DNA of 64,000 bases from Candidatus Latescibacterota bacterium (GTDB lineage Bacteria > Latescibacterota > UBA2968 > UBA8231): positions 5,664,001 through 5,728,000 of the forward strand of contig OZ244561.1 in the NCBI GenBank assembly GCA_965217585.1, read 5' to 3'. Position numbers and translations under genes: made by a program. The stretch's first letter is position 1; every line of letters starts with the position of its first letter. The notes below the pieces were generated by a model that did not search any database, had not been told where the DNA came from, and saw only the letters and a list, made by a program, of their open reading frames with translations. Shown here piece after piece: positions 54,377-64,000 of the stretch.

Positions 54377-57036
54377 TTGATAAAGACCATCTTGTTAGAG
54401 AGGGCAATCGGCCCGATGCGCAACACATAGTAATACATACCGCTGGCCACGCGCTCGCCCCGCTCGTCGCGGCCATCCCAAGAGGTGCTGTACAATCCCG
54501 GAGCCGCCAGGTCCTCGACCAAGTGCCGCACCAAGCCGCCGGTCGCGGTGCGGACTTCGAGCTCGACCATGGTCTGGCCGGCGACGATGGGTTCGTTGAT
54601 CCCGATCTGATAGTCGATCTGCGTAGCCTCATTGAACGGGTTGGGGTAATTCTGCCCCAAGGCAAAGTCCAAGGGTATGCGCGGGTCGAAGTTGAGGAAG
54701 GGCCGCCAGTTGACATCGCCACTGATCCGGGCCTCGATCCAGCTCTCGTCCTCGTTCCCCCACCAGTTGTTGGTCGCCTGCAGCGGTTGGTTGGCCCGGT
54801 TGTCGAGCAATTGCTCACTGTCTTGGACGCCGTTCAAGACCAACCGCGCCGGTACCGTGCTCCCATCCACTCGCAGGGCCAACGCATTGCGAGTGAATTG
54901 ATTGCGCACAATACGCGGGCGAGCGCTTTTAGACCAAAGGCCGACCTCGTGATTGTACAGCGTGTTGTCCTCGATCTCGACCTCCCGCGTCTCCACGCAG
55001 TAAATCCCGACCCCACCGGCAAACGCATTGCCCGCCACCTCGCCGCTGACCCCCCGCCCCAAGACCAAGTTGGCCTCCTCGGGCGCGGCCGAGCCGTTGG
55101 CGTTGAAGCGGCTGTCGAGCAACGACAAAAACCCGCCCTCGCGCCAGAGTCCGGCACGGCCATTGGCGCGTAGCTCGGCTTGGTTTATCCGCGTCAAGCC
55201 CCGGCCGGAAATCCAAATGCCCATCTCACCCGCTGCCTCGACCTGTACGCCGTCCAAGAGGATCTCTTCGTCAATCTCCTCTAAGCGAATGCCGTCCGCG
55301 CTAGCGTGGTGGACTGCCACCTCTTCCAAGGTCAGGGGGTGGTGGAGCTTCTCGGCCAATAGGCCATAGCGGGCGTGTTCGATGCGGGCGCGGCGCAAAT
55401 AGGCCAAGGCCGTTGGATGCAGCACGAGGCCCTGCCAATCCCCGGGCTGCGGCTCGGCCGCGGCCGAGCGGAAGACGGCCTGTCCCCGCCCCAAAGTGCC
55501 GACGTTGAAGCTGCCGTACACCCTCAGTTCCACGCGCGCCGTATCCGTGCCTGCGGCCAGCGCGTCTGGTCCCACCAGCACCTGTGCGCCAGCGTGGACA
55601 TCGAGCCGCCCTGCGGGCAGGACGGTCACGTCGCCGACGACCTCAATGCGGTCTCTCCACACCTCGACATCGGCAATCGGGCCGGCGCGGCGGCGGTCTT
55701 GGAGCTTGAGGTCGGCCACCATCCGGTCGCCCTCGCGGCGGATGCGGGTCACGCTAATCCCAGGCGTGGACGCTGGGTTGGACGCAGCCCAGAAGTCGGT
55801 AAATTGCTCGCCGTCAAACACGTCGGTGGCGTCTCCAAGGTTGCCGCCAAACTCCGTGCGATAGCGCCCGTCGTGCGCCCAAAAGTCGAGGTTGTCGCGG
55901 CCGCTAAACGGGGACGGCTTGCGACCCAAGGGGAAACCCGCATCGCCAAAAAGCCCATCGGCGCATACTAAGTCCACCTGTTTGTTGGTTTCCGTATTGT
56001 TGCCGTTGCGAGCGGGGTTTATGCGCCAGATCAGCAAGCCCTCGCCGGGCAAATTGCGCTCGTAGTAGCTGTGCTGGCGGCTGCGGAACTCCACGAGAAA
56101 GAAGTGCTCAGCGGGCGCGAGCGCGGGCAGCAAATACACTGCGCCGCCGGTATTGACATCGGCAAAGATCGCGTCGTCCTGGTCCGCGCTCAGCACTTCG
56201 AGCTGTTGGTTGTTTACTCCCAGCCAGCCGAGTTGCCCCAAGCTCCAGGCGCAAAAGGGGTTGGGGCCATCTACCTCGCCCCAACCTCGATTGCCGTGCC
56301 CCATCAACCCCCAATAGCCAATGCCGCCCGAGTCGTCGTCCGGCTCGGTCCCAAGATCGCGGTCGTACAGGTCCGGCAGGCCCAGAAAGTGCCCAAACTC
56401 GTGTGCCATGCTGCCTACAGCCTCGACAAAAGACCGCCCGCGCTGCACGGCACCGCTTTTCGAGTCAATCCGGATGAAGCCGCCGAGTAGGGCGCGGTCT
56501 TGGCTCACAAAGTCGCCGTACAACCCAAGCTGGGCGACGCCCGTGGCTTCTTCGGTTATAAAACCCGTCGGGGCCGAGGCCGAGACGATAAAAATAAAAT
56601 CCACGTATCCATCGTCGTCGCCGGAGTTGGGCATTCCGTCGGGGCCGTCGTTGTCGTAGCGGCCAAAATCCACATCGGCATCGACGGCCTCGATGACCTC
56701 GCGGGCGAAGCGGCCAAAACCACTCTCCGCGTACACGTCGGCATTGCTGTGGGCCGCGTACCAGCGGGGCAGCACCTCGCCGGTGAGTGTGAACTGACCG
56801 CGCGACATCTCCCGGTAGAAGTGGGTCAGGCTGCCCGGCTGCTCGGCGAAAATCCCCGCCGCAAAAGACGGGACCTCCCTGCCCAAGCCGCGCTCGTCGG
56901 CAAAGTGCGCGAAGATGGTTAGGGCGTGGATGTGCCCGGTTTGGGCGATGACGTCTTGCAGGGGAGCCGCACCGACCTCGGCAGCCGCGACCCAAGCGGC
57001 GACGAGCGCGTTTTTGGCAGCAGGTTTAAGCATCAA
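54373..57036 (-). CDS. M6 (immune inhibitor A-like) metalloprotease with beta-helix and FlgD/T9SS type-A-like C-terminal domain
   Basis: YDNDGPDG.PNSGDDDGYVD, AHEFGHFLGLPDLYD, WGLMG.G; right-handed beta-helix repeats; QNYPNPFN...NKMVFIK. Confidence 0.9.
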   Translation of the reverse strand: MMLKPAAKNALVAAWVAAAEVGAAPLQDVIAQTGHIHALTIFAHFADERGLGREVPSFAAGIFAEQPGSLTHFYREMSRGQFTLTGEVLPRWYAAHSNADVYAESGFGRFAREVIEAVDADVDFGRYDNDGPDGMPNSGDDDGYVDFIFIVSASAPTGFITEEATGVAQLGLYGDFVSQDRALLGGFIRIDSKSGAVQRGRSFVEAVGSMAHEFGHFLGLPDLYDRDLGTEPDDDSGGIGYWGLMGHGNRGWGEVDGPNPFCAWSLGQLGWLGVNNQQLEVLSADQDDAIFADVNTGGAVYLLPALAPAEHFFLVEFRSRQHSYYERNLPGEGLLIWRINPARNGNNTETNKQVDLVCADGLFGDAGFPLGRKPSPFSGRDNLDFWAHDGRYRTEFGGNLGDATDVFDGEQFTDFWAASNPASTPGISVTRIRREGDRMVADLKLQDRRRAGPIADVEVWRDRIEVVGDVTVLPAGRLDVHAGAQVLVGPDALAAGTDTARVELRVYGSFNVGTLGRGQAVFRSAAAEPQPGDWQGLVLHPTALAYLRRARIEHARYGLLAEKLHHPLTLEEVAVHHASADGIRLEEIDEEILLDGVQVEAAGEMGIWISGRGLTRINQAELRANGRAGLWREGGFLSLLDSRFNANGSAAPEEANLVLGRGVSGEVAGNAFAGGVGIYCVETREVEIEDNTLYNHEVGLWSKSARPRIVRNQFTRNALALRVDGSTVPARLVLNGVQDSEQLLDNRANQPLQATNNWWGNEDESWIEARISGDVNWRPFLNFDPRIPLDFALGQNYPNPFNEATQIDYQIGINEPIVAGQTMVELEVRTATGGLVRHLVEDLAAPGLYSTSWDGRDERGERVASGMYYYVLRIGPIALSNKMVFIK

Positions 57037-57250
57037 ATTCAGGTGGGGGCCGGATCAAGCGGCCCGTTTCAACTTGGACCTAGCGTATTTGATACTCTCT
57101 GTGGGGAGATTGCCCAAGAGTGGCCGTTGCGTCGCGTTTCTACCGACAAGACGCATGACGCAGTCTCTATACGGGTACGTCGTTTTAAGCGTTTGGTGAA
57201 TTCGGGTGGTACTTTTGGCGTGGGAGGCATATTTCAAATTATTTGGGCCT

Positions 57251-58804
57251 CTAACGCTTGTCAACATAACCTCGGCTCCAGTCAATCTGCACGCCGCCGT
57301 AGTACCGCAGCCGCTGGTCGCGCTGAATGCGGTAGCGGCTGCTCAGCCGCCAGCCGCGATAGGTAAACGCCACGAGCGCGTAGCCGCGCCAGCCCGTGCC
57401 GTAGAGCGGGCGGATGCTCACGGCCCCGGGCAGATCCACCTCGTATTCGTAGATCCGCGTCCAATACGAGTCCGTGCGGAAGCGGCTCACGTGCAAGGTG
57501 AGCCAGCGCGTCTTAAACCGCACGCTGCCCAAAAGGCCCCATTCGGCGCGGGCGGCGCGGTGCCAGCGCACCCACTCGCCGCGCCAGCGCCAAGCCCCCC
57601 GATCCAAGTCCAAACGCCATTTGTGGCTGCGCTCTTGGGCCAACTGCTCGTCCGCCCAGCGCGGCCGCAGGCGTCTCTGCCACTGCCCGCGCATAGCCCA
57701 GCGGCGACCCAACCGCTGCCGCAGCTCGCCTCCCCAAGTGGCATACGTGGCCGGCACGGGTATGAAGTAGGAGCGCGCGGGCCGGCGGTACACGTCCGCG
57801 TATGCGCGCCAACCCCGCCCGCTGACTTCTGCAACGCCACCCCGTTCGTTTTGCATGGCCGAGGTTCCCGGAGCCGCGCCAAAGAAGCTGTGGAACCCCG
57901 GCGCGTAGTAGCGGCCCAGCGTCCGCACCCGCAGACCCCCATACCGCACCCGCAGTTCCCCGACCACACCCCAATGCCCTACCCCATCGCCAGCCACCTC
58001 CAACGCCGCTCGGCCCCGGCCCCAATCCACGCGCACATCCACGGCCCCCATGCGCTGCTCGTCGCCGACAAAGCCCCAAGGCGTCCGCCCATTCCGACGC
58101 AAGTCGAGACGGTGGGAAAAGTCCAAGGCCAGCAGGGTCGTACCCCCCTGCCAACGCTCGCCCCGCCAGTGCAGCCGACCGCCACCAGCGCGGATGCCCA
58201 GCAGATCGCGGCCGGCCATCTCGGTCGCCGTCACGTGATAGCCGCTTTCGGGCAGGGATCGCACCTGGCCCTGATCGTTCAAGCGCCCATCTCGGCGCGT
58301 CCAGCCCCCGAGTACGACCCCACTCCACGCGCGGCCCTCGTAGCGCCATGCCACACCGCGCAGGGCGTGGTTCTCCCCGCTAGAGCGATACCCCAAGCGC
58401 CGACTGTCTCCCGCTGGCATCCTCGGCGCGATACTCCCGCGCCGGCTGCGCCCAAACACCAAGCCCGCCCCCGTGCCGGGCCGCAGGTCGCCGACGACCC
58501 ATTCGGACCGCTGCCTCTGCACCGCGTAGTAAAACGTCCTAAAATCGCTCCAGCCCGACTCGCCTGGATCGCGCTCGGCCAAGCCAAAAAACGCCTGTCC
58601 GCTGACCGGCACGCCCTCCACCCGCTGATACAACTGCCACCGCTCCCGAGCCGCCTCAGCCCCGCGCACCCGCCACCGCACCGCCACCGCTTCTAGCCTT
58701 CCCAAGTCGTCCAACCGCTGCTCCAAATAGCCCGCATCCTCGTCCCCCAAATCCCCCTCTGCCCACACCGGGCCGACCAACACCAACACCCACAGTCGCC
58801 ACAT
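57251..58804 (-). CDS. Predicted outer-membrane beta-barrel resembling Bacteroidota helix-hairpin-helix-domain barrels, here apparently without the HhH module
   Basis: AGGAGG SD and signal peptide. Motifs ERDPGE...DF, VVGD....G.GLVF, LRG.A, SGYH.T..E, F.TDSY.TRIY.YE.D......I..LYG.G.R.Y. Confidence 0.65.
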   Translation of the reverse strand: MWRLWVLVLVGPVWAEGDLGDEDAGYLEQRLDDLGRLEAVAVRWRVRGAEAARERWQLYQRVEGVPVSGQAFFGLAERDPGESGWSDFRTFYYAVQRQRSEWVVGDLRPGTGAGLVFGRSRRGSIAPRMPAGDSRRLGYRSSGENHALRGVAWRYEGRAWSGVVLGGWTRRDGRLNDQGQVRSLPESGYHVTATEMAGRDLLGIRAGGGRLHWRGERWQGGTTLLALDFSHRLDLRRNGRTPWGFVGDEQRMGAVDVRVDWGRGRAALEVAGDGVGHWGVVGELRVRYGGLRVRTLGRYYAPGFHSFFGAAPGTSAMQNERGGVAEVSGRGWRAYADVYRRPARSYFIPVPATYATWGGELRQRLGRRWAMRGQWQRRLRPRWADEQLAQERSHKWRLDLDRGAWRWRGEWVRWHRAARAEWGLLGSVRFKTRWLTLHVSRFRTDSYWTRIYEYEVDLPGAVSIRPLYGTGWRGYALVAFTYRGWRLSSRYRIQRDQRLRYYGGVQIDWSRGYVDKR

Positions 58805-58970
58805 AGTCCTTCCTCCTTTGTCTGGACTCTTGCAATGACTGTGCCATGAGGCGCGGTCAGTGGTGAGGCAGTGGCTAGTGTATCCTTTATTCCCTATTCT
58901 GTTTCCTTTAGGTTACAGTCCCAAGCAGGCAATCGCCGAGGCGGATTGGGGCCCAAAAAAGAAATCGTAC

Positions 58971-59783
58971 ATGAGAACCCTCAAATACAGCATTTTGCTC
59001 GCCAATGCCCTGCTCATCGCCTGCGGCGACGACGACAATCCCGTCGAAGGCAGTGGGGACCATACGATTGGGAATGCAGCGAGCCGTGGGCAGGGACAAC
59101 TCGCCGCCGCTCAAGAGCACGCTGGCGGGGATAATACCATTGGCAATGCAGCGAGCCATTGGCGGGGGCTAGAGCTCCGCCCCGAGAGTAGATGTTCCCC
59201 TTATAAGCGCAGCGACTATCGCTACTCGCAGTCTGTCGAGCTAGCCATTATCGAAGGACTCGGCGGCATCTACAGCCCGTACACTGGGCGCTGTTTTGCT
59301 AGTCAGTGGGAGACGGACATCGAGCACATAATCGCGCTTTCCGAGGCGCATGACAGTGGGCTATGCGAGCCTGCCCCCAACATCATGCAGCTACGTCGAG
59401 CCTTTGCTTCCGATCCGCTCAATCTGACGCTTGCCAGCCCTGAATTAAACCGCGACCGCAAGCAGCACTACGACGGTGCCGAATGGATGCCGCCCATGAA
59501 TAGATGCTGGTTTGCCCAGCGCATCGTTGAAGTGCGCAGAAAGTATGGCCTCACTATTGACCGCAGAGAAGCGGAGGCACTGGAGCGCATACTGTCGGCC
59601 TGTGCCTCTGTCGAGATGGAGTTTATTGATTGTGCAGCGGCGCTTAGCGCGTATGACGACGACGGCAATGGGCGCATCACTTGCGCGGAGGCGCGACGGC
59701 ACGGCATAGCTCCCGTCAGCAGTAGCCATCCGGCGTATCCGTTTATGCACGACGGGGATGGCGACGGCGTCGTATGCGAATGA
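58971..59783 (+). CDS. Lipoprotein HNH/DUF1524-like endonuclease with C-terminal Excalibur Ca-binding domain
   Basis: Lipobox LIAC; DIEHIIAL.EA.DSG...DPLNL......N..K; ITCAEAR...Y....DGDGDGVVCE. Confidence 0.85.
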   Translation: MRTLKYSILLANALLIACGDDDNPVEGSGDHTIGNAASRGQGQLAAAQEHAGGDNTIGNAASHWRGLELRPESRCSPYKRSDYRYSQSVELAIIEGLGGIYSPYTGRCFASQWETDIEHIIALSEAHDSGLCEPAPNIMQLRRAFASDPLNLTLASPELNRDRKQHYDGAEWMPPMNRCWFAQRIVEVRRKYGLTIDRREAEALERILSACASVEMEFIDCAAALSAYDDDGNGRITCAEARRHGIAPVSSSHPAYPFMHDGDGDGVVCE

Positions 59784-59883
59784 ACCCATCATCCGGCTCG
59801 AATCGCCGCTGGCCGTATTCTATAAAGTGTGTAATGACAACACGCTGAAATACCTTCTATTGCAACTCAAAGGAGCACCCCAC

Positions 59884-60702
59884 ATGAAATTCACCACCTG
59901 TAACGAGTACTTCACCGACTGGCCCATTGAAGAGGTCTTCGACTACGCGGCCGACCTCGGGTACGACGCCGTCGAAATCGCCCCCTTCACCCTCGCCGAC
60001 AGCGTCGAAGACATCTCCGCGTCGCGCCGCGCCCAAATCCGCGCCGCCGCCGAACGAGCCGGCGTGGAAATCGCGGGCCTACACTGGCTCTTGGCCAGCC
60101 CCGACGGGCTGTACATCACCCATCCCGACCCGGCCATCTACCGGCGCACCCGCGCGTACTTCAAGGAGCTAGTCCAATTCTGCGGCGATCTCGGCGGCCA
60201 AGTCATGATTATCGGCTCGCCCATGCAGCGCAACCTGCAGGAAGGTTGGAATTACCAAGATTGCTGGAACCGCATGCGCGGAGCCTTTGAAAACAGCTTG
60301 GAGTTGGCTCAGCAGCACGGCGTCTATCTCTGCATAGAGTCGCTGAGCAAGGAGCAGACGAACATCATCACCACCTGTGCAGAAGCGCGCAAAATGGTCG
60401 CCGAGATCGATCACCCACACTTCCAAACCATGGTCGATGTGTGCTCCGGCTCGACCGAGGCAATTCCCGTCGCTCAGCTTTTGCGCGACTCCGGCCAGCA
60501 CCTCTACCACGTCCACGTCAACGACGCCAACAAGCGCGGCCCCGGCTTTGGCAACACCGACTTCGCCAGCGTCATGCGGACGCTAAAGGAACTGGATTAT
60601 CAGCGCTACGTCTCGGTGGAAGTATTCGATTTTAGCCCGGATCCGCGCACCATTGCCGCCGGCAGTTTGCACTACCTCAAGGGCCTCGCTGCCGCACTGT
60701 GA
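59884..60702 (+). CDS. Sugar phosphate isomerase/epimerase (xylose-isomerase-like TIM barrel)
   Basis: AAGGAG SD; GYDAVEI, CIE, HVHVND.N.RGPG.G, SVEVF. Confidence 0.88.
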   Translation: MKFTTCNEYFTDWPIEEVFDYAADLGYDAVEIAPFTLADSVEDISASRRAQIRAAAERAGVEIAGLHWLLASPDGLYITHPDPAIYRRTRAYFKELVQFCGDLGGQVMIIGSPMQRNLQEGWNYQDCWNRMRGAFENSLELAQQHGVYLCIESLSKEQTNIITTCAEARKMVAEIDHPHFQTMVDVCSGSTEAIPVAQLLRDSGQHLYHVHVNDANKRGPGFGNTDFASVMRTLKELDYQRYVSVEVFDFSPDPRTIAAGSLHYLKGLAAAL

Positions 60703-60774
60703 CACAAGCCCATCTCCCTTGACAGTAGCGCCCTTTTTGCGAACTTTCGGGCACTCATAAAGAAAGGGTTCTTC

Positions 60775-61149
60775 ATGCCCAACTACACCTTCAACCACAT
60801 CCACCACGAGGCCACCGATGTCCATGCCGCGGCCGCCTGGTACAGAAAGCTCTTCGGCGCCACCAGCGATCCGCCCTTTGAACGCGGCGGTGCGACTTGG
60901 ATCCCGGTCCACATCGGCGCGGTGCAAATCACGGTCACGGACCGCGAGTTTGCCCCTATGGAGCTGGGGCGCTACCAGGGCTACGACCACCTCGCCCTCG
61001 TCTCCGACGACTTCGATCAAACCCTCGCCGACATCGCCGAGCACGGCGTCGAGATCTGGATGGGGCCGGTGACGCTCGATGACGGCAGCCGCATCGTCTT
61101 CATCAACGGCCCAGACAACGTCAAGATCGAATTAATGGAGCAAAGCTGA
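60775..61149 (+). CDS. VOC/glyoxalase family protein
   Basis: FNHIH, WY..LFG, DHLAL, FINGPDNVKIEL. Confidence 0.88.
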   Translation: MPNYTFNHIHHEATDVHAAAAWYRKLFGATSDPPFERGGATWIPVHIGAVQITVTDREFAPMELGRYQGYDHLALVSDDFDQTLADIAEHGVEIWMGPVTLDDGSRIVFINGPDNVKIELMEQS

Positions 61150-63027
61150 GTGGAAATCCGCCCCTTCGGCCTGTGGTCCAGCCCCCTCTCGCCCGACGAG
61201 TTGGCCAGCGCCACGCGCCTCCGCGATGTGGCTTGGGATGCCGACGGCCGCACCCTCGTTTGGCTGGAGGGCCGGGGACCGCAGGGCGTGCTCGTCTGCC
61301 AGGAGCCGGGGGCCGCCCCGCGCGACCTCAACACCGCGCTCTCGGTGCGTGCTCAAGTCGGCTACGGCGGTGGTGACTTTGCTGTATCCCGCTGCCACGC
61401 GTACTTCGTCGAGCACGGCGGCCGCCTCTACCGCCAGCCGCTAGCCGGCGGCCCAGCCCAGCCGATCACTCCTCAGTTTGGCCACGCCGCGTCTCCTGCG
61501 CCTGCGCCAACAGGGCGTCATCTGGTGTACGTCCACAGTTACGAGGGCTGCGACACGTTGGCCATCGTCGATGTCGCTGGGCGCTTTTGGCCGCAAATTC
61601 TCGCGGAGGGGGCCGACTTCTACATGCAGCCAGCTTGGCACCCCAAAGGAGACCGCTTGGCCTGGATCGAGTGGGATCATCCGCAAATGCCTTGGGACGG
61701 CACCCGCCTAGTGCTGGGCCAACTTGCGCGCAGCCGCCACGGGCTTCCCAGCCTGCGCACAACCGAGGTGCTCGCCGGCGACGCGGACACCGCAATTGCC
61801 CAGCCTTGTTTCTCGCCCGATGGCCGCTATCTGGTCTACGCCTCGGACGAGCGCGGCTACAGCAACCTCTGGTGCCGCGACCTCGCCAGCGGTGCCACGC
61901 GCTGCCTGTACGAGGACGCCAGCGACGTCGCCGGTCCCGCTTGGGCGCAGGGCATGCGGGCGTTTTCGTGGGCCGCCGATAGCCGCACCTTGTATTTCGT
62001 GCGCAGCGAAAACGCCCAGCGCCTAGCGTACGCGCTCGACTTCGCCAGTGGAGCGGTCACAAGGGTCGAGGCGCTGGCCGCCTACACCCACATCGAACAG
62101 CTCGCCGCGGCCCCGCGCGGCAAGGGCTTGGCCTGTATTGCCGCGGCCAGCGCAATCCCCGCTCGCATCGTCGCTGGTACTGCCACCCAAGTAACAGTCC
62201 GCGCTCGCTCCGCCAGCGAGTCGCTTGCCCCGGCCGATCTTTCCACGCCCGAGCCGATTTCTTGGGCCAACGAGGACGCCACGCAAGTCCACGGGCTATA
62301 CTATCCTCCGGCCAGCCGCCGCTTTACTGGCCAAGGCCGACCGCCGCTGATTGTCATGATCCACGGCGGCCCTACCGGCCAAGTCGATACCGGCTTCGAG
62401 GCCACCAATCAGTTTTTTGCCACCCGTGGCTTTGCCGTCCTCGACATTGACTACCGAGGTAGCACCGGCCGCGGCCGGGCGTACATGAGTGCCTTGCGCA
62501 CCCGCTGGGGCATCCTCGATGTCGAAGACGCCATCGGCGGTGCCCAGCACCTCGTCGCCAGCGGCCTCGCCGATCCAGAGCGCCTCGTCATCATGGGCGG
62601 CAGCGCCGGTGGCTACACGGTCTTGCGGACGCTCACCACGCGGCCCGGCTTTTTCCGCGCCGGCATCTGTCTCTACGGCGTGGCCAACCTCTTCACCCTC
62701 GCCGCGGACACCCACAAATTTGAATCCCGCTACCTCGATTCCATGATCGGCCCGCTGCCCGCAGCGGCTGAGGTCTATCGCGATCGCTCGCCGGTCTACG
62801 CCGCCGACCAGCTACGCGACCCGATCGCCCTCTTCCAGGGTACCGACGATCAAGTCGTACCCCCGGCCCAAGCCGAGGAGATCGCGGCCTCGTTGCGCCG
62901 CCGCAACATACCACACGTCTATCATCTGTACGAAGGCGAGGGCCACGGCTGGCGCAAACCCGAGACCGTGCGGGCCTTCTACCAAGCCTGCGAGGCCTTC
63001 CTCCGCCAGCACGTCCTCTTCGCCTAA
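61150..63027 (+). CDS. S9 family (prolyl oligopeptidase/acylaminoacyl) peptidase
   Basis: HGGPT, DYRGSTG.G, GGSAGG nucleophile, QG.DD.VV, GEGHG. Confidence 0.93.
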   Translation: MEIRPFGLWSSPLSPDELASATRLRDVAWDADGRTLVWLEGRGPQGVLVCQEPGAAPRDLNTALSVRAQVGYGGGDFAVSRCHAYFVEHGGRLYRQPLAGGPAQPITPQFGHAASPAPAPTGRHLVYVHSYEGCDTLAIVDVAGRFWPQILAEGADFYMQPAWHPKGDRLAWIEWDHPQMPWDGTRLVLGQLARSRHGLPSLRTTEVLAGDADTAIAQPCFSPDGRYLVYASDERGYSNLWCRDLASGATRCLYEDASDVAGPAWAQGMRAFSWAADSRTLYFVRSENAQRLAYALDFASGAVTRVEALAAYTHIEQLAAAPRGKGLACIAAASAIPARIVAGTATQVTVRARSASESLAPADLSTPEPISWANEDATQVHGLYYPPASRRFTGQGRPPLIVMIHGGPTGQVDTGFEATNQFFATRGFAVLDIDYRGSTGRGRAYMSALRTRWGILDVEDAIGGAQHLVASGLADPERLVIMGGSAGGYTVLRTLTTRPGFFRAGICLYGVANLFTLAADTHKFESRYLDSMIGPLPAAAEVYRDRSPVYAADQLRDPIALFQGTDDQVVPPAQAEEIAASLRRRNIPHVYHLYEGEGHGWRKPETVRAFYQACEAFLRQHVLFA

Positions 63028-63048
63028 AGCTCGCCAAAGGAGCATCCC

Positions 63049-64000
63049 TTGCACTACGAAACCGTCATCGGCATGGAAGTCCACGTCGAGTTGCAAACCG
63101 CCTCCAAGATGTTTTGCGCCTGCGCGGCCGATCACTTTCAGGTGGCGGCCAACGCCCATATCTGCCCGGTGTGTACCGGCCAGCCCGGGGCCTTGCCCAC
63201 AATCAACGGCCGCGCCGTCGAGCTGACGATCATGACCGGCATGGCCCTTCATTGCCAAGTCAAACCCCGCAGCGTCTTTGCGCGCAAAAACTACGTCTAT
63301 CCCGACCTGCCCAAGGGCTACCAGATCTCGCAATACGAGCAGCCCTTGTGTGAGAGCGGCTGGATCGAGATCGACGGCGAGAGCGGCTCCAAGAAGATCG
63401 GAGTCGTCCGCGTCCACCTCGAAGAAGACACCGGCAAGCTCCAGCACGCCGGCCACTCCAGCCTGATAGACTACAACCGCGCCGGCGTGCCGCTGATGGA
63501 AATCGTCACCGACTCCTCGCTCCGCTCGGCCGACGAGAGCTATGCGTATTTGACCCAGATCCGCCAGATCGTTCGCTACCTAGGCGCGTCCTCTGGCGAC
63601 ATGGAGAAAGGGGCCATGCGCTGCGAAGCCAACATCTCGATCCGGCCCGCGGGCAGCCGAGAATTGGGCACCAAGGTCGAGGTCAAAAACCTCAACTCCT
63701 TCCGCGCCGTGCGCAGCGCCATCGCCTACGAAGCCGAGCGCCAGCAACACATCGTCGAATCCGGCGGCCACGTCCGCCAAGAGACCATGGGCTGGGACGA
63801 ACGCGCCAACATCACCCGTCCGCAGCGCAGCAAAGAGACCTCGGACGACTATCGCTACTTCCCGGAGCCGGACCTGCTCGTCGCGGACTTAGACGACGAG
63901 TGGATCGCCAGAGTCCACGCCAGCCTGCCCGAGCTGCCCGCCGCCAAGGCCGCGCGCTTTGCCGCCGCCTACAGACTCAACTCACAGGAGATCGCCGCCT
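63049..64000 (+). CDS. gatB: Asp/Glu-tRNA amidotransferase subunit B (3'-partial)
   Basis: AAGGAG SD then TTG 63049. Reads [68 protein letters not shown]. Absent from the ORF track because there is no stop in the window. Confidence 0.96.
   Translation, partial: MHYETVIGMEVHVELQTASKMFCACAADHFQVAANAHICPVCTGQPGALPTINGRAVELTIMTGMALHCQVKPRSVFARKNYVYPDLPKGYQISQYEQPLCESGWIEIDGESGSKKIGVVRVHLEEDTGKLQHAGHSSLIDYNRAGVPLMEIVTDSSLRSADESYAYLTQIRQIVRYLGASSGDMEKGAMRCEANISIRPAGSRELGTKVEVKNLNSFRAVRSAIAYEAERQQHIVESGGHVRQETMGWDERANITRPQRSKETSDDYRYFPEPDLLVADLDDEWIARVHASLPELPAAKAARFAAAYRLNSQEIAA

Noticed and set aside
57206-58696. 496-aa plus-strand ORF
   Set aside because: Pro/Ala/Arg-rich antisense shadow of the minus-strand barrel gene, which has an SD, signal peptide and family motifs.

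Overview
GC-rich bacterial chromosomal window. The protein repertoire suggests a marine, probably host/sponge-associated FCB-group organism such as Ca. Latescibacterota; this is inference from gene content only (FlgD/T9SS-like C-terminal domains, WD40 and LRR repeat proteins, sulfatases, PhyH dioxygenases, Gfo/Idh/MocA enzymes). Housekeeping genes are tRNA-Val(TAC), tyrS, guaA, nadB and a partial gatB. One IS701/IS4-like element has 21-bp terminal inverted repeats, and several relics carry deletion scars. Three observations stand out. (1) A 13-kb translationally coupled operon (13.7-27.0 kb) alternates secreted discoidin-like proteins ending in a TPNGDGxND/FlgD domain with ~900-aa predicted outer-membrane proteins rich in Ca-binding-like motifs, plus an LRR lipoprotein split at a G-tract; it is a candidate uncharacterised surface display or uptake system. 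(2) An unannotated leader peptide with three consecutive Tyr codons, a sigma70 promoter and competing hairpins lies upstream of tyrS, which looks like a ribosome-mediated tyrosine attenuator rather than a T-box. (3) Three distinct putative C-terminal sorting signals co-occur on exported proteins. All product calls come from motif recognition by eye; no database searches were run.
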